A stretch of 64,000 nt of DNA from Gonapodya sp. JEL0774. Lineage: Eukaryota. The notes under the pieces are model-generated. The model was not told the DNA's origin. It ran no database searches and saw only the letters and a program-made list of their open reading frames with translations. The DNA is taken from the NCBI GenBank assembly GCA_027604505.1, contig JADIIX010000128.1, positions 1 through 64,000 on the forward strand, read 5' to 3'. Made by a program: the position numbers and the translations under genes. Of the stretch, positions 55,975 through 64,000 are shown piece by piece. Each line of letters starts with the position of its first letter. Positions within the stretch are counted from its first letter, which is position 1.

Positions 55975-58967
55975 CGCATACTTGAAAGTCAATCACGTGT
56001 TGGAATTATTTTTTGAAAGTTTGAATAATTACAGTGATTATACACGGCTCGTGTTTCTCGCCACGACCTATGTGCCTTCCTTTTCGAAGCATCACACTTT
56101 CTGTCAACAACCAGTGAGAGCTGTGGTAATGGGCGATACCAGACGAACTCATTCGCATTGGAATTTCGTTTCGGTTGTGACAATTGGGCCAAGCTTCACA
56201 CCGGCAAGCTTCCATCCAAGCAAAGATGTAGAAGTGCGCCTGGTCACTTATCCAATCCCGTAGGGTAACACAGTCCAAGAGATCTTGGATCTCCTATGGA
56301 CATGTGGATTCATTACTTGCCCCATTCTCAAATACTCACAATTTCTCAAGCATGTTGTCCTTGCCAAAGTACGGACCCATCAGACTCGGCAAATTTTGAA
56401 TCTGTGGGAGCCGATTTCCCATATGCAAAAACTGCAAGTATCCTCAAGACTCAAGATAGGAAGTTTCAGAGCTAGAGTAATTGCGAATATAGGATGGGTG
56501 GAGTCGGCACCTTTCATTAACGAGATGCGGATATGTAGTATCACACAATGCGACGAGTACCGTTAGTGACACGTCAGAATTAATAAGATTATTTGCGGTT
56601 TCATGCCCAGGCAACTCACAGTTCAAAATCTCCGTGATGAGGACGTCACTGGTGATAGGTTACTCCATCTCACGTTGGTATGTACGCAGCGAGAAGGTGA
56701 TTTAAAGCACAACGTTGATAAATCTACCATTTCAAGCTTTGTGAATTTCTGGTACGCTGACAACAAACGAACCAAATCTGCGAGAGAGATTTTGGGAACA
56801 GCACATAACTCAACACAAGATAGGTCTTGCAGGATCCGACGTAAACCCTTTTAATAATTGTTCCAAAATTCGTTCGCGATCTTTTGTAGCGGAGTTAGAA
56901 TGAGTTAGTCCGTGGCGTCTGTGCCGTGCCGCCAGAGGGACTCGACGAGCCAACGAGGCCAACTTCGCCGATCGTTCGCAGTTGTGTTTTCACCTTTGGA
57001 ACCCGATCAGTGCAAGGTTAATACTGCTCACTTGTTTAATAGTGCGATGGAATCGGGGATGCCAATCACTCAGCAGATAGAATTTGTCCCTGTCATGGGG
57101 ATCCTTCAATCCCGGAACACTTGAGCGTACGATGATGCAAATTGATGGCTTTATAAACGAATGAAGCAACGGGAGGTCCCGCTCAATTTCGAGGTTCGAG
57201 TGACTATGGAGACCTTCACTGTCCTTAATCGATGGTGGAGCTCACCCCAATGTCCACCGACTCAGACGAAGGGCATCACGCGTTTTCTTCGACTTGATAC
57301 AAGTCGCCGATAGCTTACATCTCAGGCGATAGCTTGCTGAAGCGGGAGACGGCGAAGATCAGGGAACTGCAGACCGGGCGCCCAGTCTATCCATCCTGGA
57401 GTGACTCCGTAAATTGACCGGCTGAACGGTGTCCAATGGGTTTCTTTTGGAATTGTCGGAAATGAAGACGAGAATAGAAATCAGGGGAAAGGCAATGACG
57501 TGGGAAATCTGACATGTTCGCCACAACAAAGATGACCTCACCACCACACATTGGCGACTCAAAACTTCAAAACGACCGCATTTCGATCAATTCCAGAAGG
57601 AAGAGTGCGCCCGGATGCCCTGGGTTCTGAAATCAGGGGAATTAGCTCCTGTTTGGTGACGACAGATCAACAGCGCAGCAACTTTCCATCCGCAGTGAAT
57701 AGGAGTTGTCTGCCCACTCAAATCTGCTACCTGTCGGACAATGATTTTGACCCAAAGTGTGGAAACCAGGGCGAGGTGAATGGGCTGGCGGTTTCTGGAC
57801 TAGCAACGGACAGAAGGAGAGAATCATATCAGATGAATGAAAACTATTACGCGGGCAAGATTCAATCCAAACATTACCAGCTGCGTATTGTTTGCGATGG
57901 TTTCGGCTATCTCCTCCCGGATAGTCTCAGTCATCGTCGCGCTTTCGTCGGCAAGAGAGTTGCAAATATTTGATGCCCGGCTTGAAGTTGGAGTGACCCA
58001 TGCGAACTTCAAACCACCATAACTCAACAATGAAGGATCGGAATGGAATGATTGACACGGAATTCGATTCCTACAAATTCTCTCTCAAAGACTCCCCCGT
58101 AAAGATTACAATCTACGAGTTTGAGTCTTTTCCAGGTCACGCGATGCCAGGGTCAAGATTTGAGGCTTAGCTACCAATTCAAAAGTGCCAGGCTCCGGTT
58201 CTCTGAATCTTCATCTTTCCAACAAACTTGGAACCGCGACTCCACGGACGGCGCAGACAGTGCGCTGAGTAAATTTGAGCGCCTACTTCACAACGGACGC
58301 GTCTGCTTCGTCTTCTCGCTCGGTGTCGCGTTCTGCTGACCCCTGTTCCGGTTCGTGATGAGTTCCGTCATCGCCAGCAGCACATCAACCCCAGAGGCTC
58401 GCCAGAACGCAGCTACTCGTACGTCTTGGAGGTTGAGACCTCGCTGGTGGGAGCTCAGAGTCAAGACAAGTGCTGGTGAGCTCCGCAGCCAGTTGATGAA
58501 GGGGTCACACGACCACCTTCATCTCACCGTCGTCTTCCCCAAATACTCTTGCAACGCCGGCAATCTCACTACGAATACATTTGAGATAACTGACGGCGAC
58601 GGAACATGAACAAGCACTCTTTAGAAATCTGCCGAGACCCTTTGCCTTCTACGTTTGAGCGACAGTTGAGGTAAGTTGCAACGGATACGTGTCCCTCAGG
58701 ACAGGACTTGGGAGGGAGTATTATGCGATAGTGACTCTTCTTCATTCATTGAGAAGCGCGCTGACTCGAGGAACGCAGCGTTTGTCTGCGTGGACGGGAC
58801 GGAGTGTTGCGCAGCACTGAGACGCTTTCGCCGTGGTCTCTCAGTTGAAGGAGCACGTGGTACTTTTGCATTTTGATGGGTAGGAAATGCACGAATGGCT
58901 TTCGGTATGCAATGTCTTTACCTTGTGCGATGTTGAAAACTGCTTTTGCTTATCCCAAGTTAATCTC

Positions 58968-59025
58968 TCTCATGTTCAACAAGAACGCATCCCACATCTC
59001 ATGTTTAACAAGAACGCATCCCACA
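58968..59025 (+). repeat. 29-bp tandem duplication at the left edge of the array
   Basis: tctcatgtt(c/t)aacaagaacgcatcccaca occurs at 58968-58996 and 58997-59025. Confidence 0.9.
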
Positions 59026-59056
59026 CTTCCACTTCCCAAGCACACAAGTTCCAAGC

Positions 59057-61001
59057 ACGCCACTCAACAGTGGGAACGCATTCACCTTGGTGAATTCGTC
59101 CCACGGCGGTCTTCTCTTCCAGGAACGGGCCCTCGGCAACTCCTCAACGCTCGTCGCTCGCAGCCATTTTGACCCCGAGGATCGAGGCAAACACACCTTG
59201 CCGCTCAACAGTGGGAACCAACTTGCCTCGGTGAATTGGTCCCACGGCAAAACCATTCTTTTCCAACGGCCTCGAGAACCTCGAGAATTCCGGACTCCCA
59301 GAAAATGCCCTCTCTACGCTCCCGACAAAGCTCTACAAGTCTACGAGACACTGTCAAGCAGGGCACGCAATCTGAAGGAATGTTGAGGCAGATGAGCGCG
59401 GTACGTGATAGCTGGGAGTCTTGCCTGTGTCGTGTTTCAGAATCACTTTCTAACAACGATGAACTACCGCCGCAAGTTTGTGCAAGGCAAGTATTGATCT
59501 TTTTCACCGTTACCGTTTTCAACGACCGATATGTGCATCACTGACGCCTTTTTTTATTGTCTATTTCCGAGGACATGTCAAATTCAGCACCAACACGACA
59601 ACCGACCCGTCGCTTACGCCACGCCTCTCAACAGTGGGTACGGATTCGCCTTGGCGAGTTCGTTCCACGGCGTTTCTCTCTTCCAGATGGCTTTCGACGC
59701 TGGCGACAACTTGGACTCACCCGGCAGACCCAGCACGCCACTCAACAGTGGGAACGCATTCACCTTGGTGAATTCGTCCCACGGCGGTCTTCTCTTCCAG
59801 GAACGGGCCCTCGGCAACTNNNNNNNNNNNNNNNNNNNNNNNNNNNNNNNNNNNNNNNNNNNNNNNNNNNNNNNNNNNNNNNNNNNNNNNNNNNNNNNNN
59901 NNNNNNNNNNNNNNNNNNNNNNNNNNNNNNNNNNNNNNNNNNNNNNNNNNNNNNNNNNNNNNNNNNNNNNNNNNNNNNNNNNNNNNNNNNNNNNNNNNNN
60001 NNNNNNNNNNNNNNNNNNNNNNNNNNNNNNNNNNNNNNNNNNNNNNNNNNNNNNNNNNNNNNNNNNNNNNNNNNNNNNNNNNNNNNNNNNNNNNNNNNNN
60101 NNNNNNNNNNNNNNNNNNNTCAGCACCAACACGACAACCGACCCGTCGCTTACGCCACGCCTCTCAACAGTGGGTACGGATTCGCCTTGGCGAGTTCGTT
60201 CCACGGCGTTTCTCTCTTCCAGATGGCTTTCGACGCTGGCGACAACTTGGACTCACCCGGCAGACCCAGCACGCCACTCAACAGTGGGAACGCATTCACC
60301 TTGGTGAATTCGTCCCACGGCGGTCTTCTCTTCCAGGAACGGGCCCTCGGCAACTCCTCAACGCTCGTCGCTCGCAGCCATTTTGACCCCGAGGATCGAG
60401 GCAAACACACCTTGCCGCTCAACAGTGGGAACCAACTTGCCTCGGTGAATTGGTCCCACGGCAAAACCATTCTTTTCCAACGGCCTCGAGAACCTCGAGA
60501 ATTCCGGACTCCCAGAAAATGCCCTCTCTACGCTCCCGACAAAGCTCTACAAGTCTACGAGACACTGTCAAGCAGGGCACGCAATCTGAAGGAATGTTGA
60601 GGCAGATGAGCGCGGTACGTGATAGCTGGGAGTCTTGCCTGTGTCGTGTTTCAGAATCACTTTCTAACAACGATGAACTACCGCCGCAAGTTTGTGCAAG
60701 GCAAGTATTGATCTTTTTCACCGTTACCGTTTTCAACGACCGATATGTGCATCACTGACGCCTTTTTTTATTGTCTATTTCCGAGGACATGTCAAATTCA
60801 GCACCAACACGACAACCGACCCGTCGCTTACGCCACGCCTCTCAACAGTGGGTACGGATTCGCCTTGGCGAGTTCGTTCCACGGCGTTTCTCTCTTCCAG
60901 ATGGCTTTCGACGCTGGCGACAACTTGGACTCACCCGGCAGACCCAGCACGCCACTCAACAGTGGGAACGCATTCACCTTGGTGAATTCGTCCCACGGCG
61001 G
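59057..61001 (+). ncRNA. Putative structured element: ~53-nt bulged stem-loop, nine visible copies in three variants
   Basis: Variant A starts at 59057, 59735, 60271 and 60949. Variant B starts at 59621, 60157 and 60835. Variant C starts at 59198 and 60412. Compensatory and G-U-compatible differences between variants preserve the pairing. There is no evidence of transcription. Confidence 0.5.
59820..60119. other. Assembly gap (300 N) inside the tandem array
   Basis: Run of N. The true copy number of the array is unknown. Confidence 1.
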
Positions 61002-61798
61002 TCTTCTCTTCCAGGAACGGGCCCTCGGCAACTTCTCCATTCTCACTGTCATGTTAAGTCCAATTATCCACCTCCGTTAGGAAATCGGTCCGATGCACAC
61101 GAGGAAAACCGATTAACGAGCACTCCGTCTGAGCACGGAAATGTTTTGCGGAAGACAAGCATTGCAGTGCTCATAGTACTGTTTTCCACACTCACGGGTG
61201 AGTTTCAGTTTTTCGTCGATTTCGCGAGTTGGCTCACAAGAAATGTCTCACGTCTTGTATGACAGGAAACCCTCACCATGCTGCTCAACTGCAGGAAAAC
61301 CTTTTGAAAGCCCAATTGCCCCGGCCGGTACTCCTGTTCAACGGCTTGGAAATCATCATCGCCAGGACCACTTCCTGGGCAAGCCTGGCAAATTCGCCCT
61401 GCCACCAACATCTCGGGGAGAAATCCGAAGTACCCACTCAATATTCTGTGACGGAAGAATTGTTGCCACAATTTGCACCGACCGATCGTTGCCCCACCAT
61501 GACATGTCGTTCATTTACATGAAAATTTACAAGCAGTAGCATTACTAAATACGCGTGTAACTCAGATGTCTTTGGGAATTCAATTTTTCTTTGTCTTAAC
61601 GTTTCCTCGCGGGCTTCGCCCGCTAAAAGTGCACAGACCTCATCCACCTCCCTTTTGAGGGACCCCGCCCATCGTCCGTTTGAAAGACCCGACGAGAGCG
61701 ATCCACCTAACAAGTAACTCCTCGAGTACCGTCTAGGATATTCGTTCTTTTTGCTCCACCCTTTCTTCCTTAGATTGTTATCCGCCGCCACGTCTGCT

Positions 61799-63566
61799 AT
61801 GTCAAAAAGGAAGCCTGTTGATGATGACACAGACGTCGAGGACACTGGAAAGTGGGCGCGATCGTCGGACGGAAGTCGCATGCGCTTCCCAGCTCCCTCA
61901 GTCCCAGCGGACATTCCCTCCACCTGGGGGTTCGGGGAACCTGCTCCCCTTCACGTGGAATCCTCTGCGCCCACGACAATTAGCTCGTCTGGATACGTCT
62001 CTAGTCTTTTCAGCCGAGTCGGAGCACATGAGTCGAAGGAATACAGAACAGTTGGTGGGTGTAGAGCCTTCAATGGCACACTTCAATGTTCTCCCGCCTA
62101 CAACCAGGATTAATGCTTTCCACGAAATAATATTTCCACTTTGTGTCCTACTGCGCTCACACTTCTTGGCGATCTTTCAGGCCAGACGCCGTCTGTCGTC
62201 CCATCCGCTGCGACCATTGGACGACTGAACTACCAAAACCTGGATATCCGGAACCCTCCGATCTCCACCTCTTCACCCCCGTATTCCCCCGCTGCCCTGC
62301 CCCACGAACCTATCACATTACCGAAAGCCACCTCTCCTGCTAAGGATGCCGAAAATTACCTTTACGAATTGAAGCTTTTGGCAGAGGGAATGGGCTTGGA
62401 ACGAATCAAGATTCCTCCCGTACGTGAGACTGCCTGCAGAAGGTGGTCGTGCGTGTTCATTTTCAATGGGACCAGGTTTGAATCGGGGGATGATTTTATG
62501 AAACCAGAGGACGCTCGGAACGAGACCGCCTACCAAGTCATTCAAGAGTTGGACAGAGCGCTGGCAGGGGCTGGGAATCTTGTGAACCTAGTGTCTATTG
62601 CGAGAGAAGTGAGCCTTGGCAATCGTCTCTTTCCAATGAAGGTCGAGGATTTCCTTGGCTGCAGCTCGGAGGGACGCCGTATTGCAGATCGTCTAAGGCA
62701 GGTCGCGAACATGATAGGAGCTTCCCCCAAATTCGAGAATGAGGCAGAGAATATAGGAGAACGGCGTCCCCGTTACCGCCAGCGAATCCAGCTCGGTGAT
62801 GAAATCTTTGGTTGGAGTGGGTGGTGTGGCGAGCGTCGATTTGCAACTGACGAGGCCACACGGATTGCCGTACAGGCGATACAAGAGGATCTTGGCTGTT
62901 ACTACTTGAAAGGATGGAACAAGAAGTTGCAGGCGCGAGCTGGAGCTCAGGTCATGGCTGGTAGTGAGGAGGGGCCGGACAATGGACTGCACTCCGATCG
63001 TTCAGACAAATCACTGGCAAAATCCCTGTCAAGGATACTATATAGTGCTGTTTACGCGACACTGTGGGCACCTGGGGTCCGCGCAAGTGATGTCGAAGGA
63101 GTTGTAACAATAGCTGTGAGATACGTTGTGCACGAGGTGAGATATCCTGTTACATCCGACTTCTCTTATGATTATGAAGCGTGGATTGCGTGAAACTATT
63201 TCGCGGATCATCCGACTTCTCATCTGGGTCTAGGATCCCTACCGCCCGCTCTGGGACGCGCATCGACGATGTGTCGAGCTTCTTGCTCGTCCTTGGCATC
63301 GATTCAGGAGCCTTTCACAAAATTTCATCGCCAAATGGTTTTCACAGACAAGAAACCAAGTCCGGATTGCTGTCCACACTTGGGCACGTCATCTCCTCAT
63401 CAGAATATCTCATATCTCCGGAGGTGGGTCGATGGGGGATTGCACCCTGGAGGAGGAAGATATGGATACCACAAAACTGAAGTATACAGACGAGGGGCTG
63501 GACTTTTTGCTCTCGACAATGGACACAAATGTGATACCAGTGAGTCAGCGACAAACGCAGTTCTAG
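61799..63566 (+). CDS. Protein with two divergent dsRNA-binding-domain-like motifs and an N-terminal basic NLS-like start; 3' end uncertain
   Basis: Starts MSKRKPV. A plausible intron at about 62055-62180 preserves frame. Motif 1 is NYLYELKLLAEGMG...WSCVFIFNGTRFESGDDFMKPEDARNETAYQVIQEL. Motif 2 is DRLRQVANMIGASPKF...YRQRIQLGDEIFGWSG..GERRFATDEATRIAVQAI. Both fit the alpha-beta-beta-beta-alpha pattern. A further open exon starts at about 63234. Confidence 0.6.
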
Positions 63567-64000
63567 ATAAGAGATTTCTCAATGGTTCTGCTTCCGAACC
63601 CTCTCCTTTACATACATCTTAATCTTTCGGATGATTTACTAGAAAATTGAGGAAGTATGTGATCAGACAATGGATGGTATGGGTGTGCAGCCAGAACTGA
63701 CAGCAAAATTCTACTGTGACGATTGGGATAACTATGGAATGGGTAGTTCCTGGGTACCGCCAGTAAGTTGTACGGAAATTGGACTCAATTTCAGGATCTC
63801 CGATCTCTATTTCTTCCAACATAGAATCCCCAAAATGTAACAAACTTCTTCCGCCCACAAGCCAATGACCCGATAGAGATTGGAAGTGTATCCTACAGTG
63901 TTGGTAAGATTCAAATTCGGAGAGCGCTAACATTGCGGCCTGCAGGTCATGTTGATGCTACTTATTGTTGTACGTGTAGCTGTGGAGGATGGGACAGGTG

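Larger units (their letters stand above)
59054..61033 (+). repeat. Tandem array of a near-identical 678-bp unit interrupted by an assembly gap
   Basis: 'gcacgccactcaacagtggg' occurs at 59055, 59733, 60269 and 60947, giving 678-bp spacing on each side of the N-run at 59820-60119. Identical ORF translations recur in the ORF track. Confidence 0.95.

Noticed and set aside
56000..58900. Short ORFs or possible degenerate gene or transposon remnants (also 2000-6900, 15200-16900, 29900-31400)
   Set aside because: No recognisable domain, terminal repeat, or transposase/RT motif could be supported by eye.
59057..59109. Hammerhead or HDV ribozyme, or iron-responsive element
   Set aside because: The minus strand has CUGUUGAG rather than CUGANGA and lacks a correctly placed GAAA/stem III. 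No HDV-like nested pseudoknot is evident. 'UCAACAGUG' resembles an IRE, but its flanks do not pair around a CAGUGN loop.
59054..61033. CRISPR array
   Set aside because: The context is eukaryotic with no cas genes, and whole 678-bp units including spacers repeat identically rather than carrying unique spacers.
63619..63933. Minus-strand ORF at the window end
   Set aside because: It has no recognisable motif. It may be the end of a gene outside the window, but this cannot be supported here.

Overview
Intron-rich eukaryotic DNA with short GT-AG introns (many GTGAG donors) and several micro-exons. The gene content (OPT, FCY2-type permease, ENA-type ATPase, phenol monooxygenase, CBM1 protein, TKL kinase) points to a fungus, plausibly an early-diverging zoosporic lineage (inference). 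Conserved genes are an OPT oligopeptide transporter, a GT34 glycosyltransferase with a DUF3431-like tail, a bacterial-like VOC/glyoxalase gene, an ENA-type P2D ATPase, an NCS1 purine-cytosine permease and a phenol 2-monooxygenase-like gene. Interspersed among them are five paralogs sharing an atypical ankyrin-like N-terminal domain with a Trp-rich insertion: four end in coiled coil plus SH3, and one ends in a non-RD TKL kinase. There is also a membrane-anchored protein with two CBM1 domains and no visible catalytic domain. The most unusual signal is a 678-bp tandem array (about 59054-61033, spanning an assembly gap). Each unit carries three diverged copies of a ~53-nt bulged stem-loop with compensatory base changes, and the array lies just upstream of a gene with two dsRNA-binding-domain-like motifs. 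Gene models were built by eye, so exon boundaries and ends are approximate.
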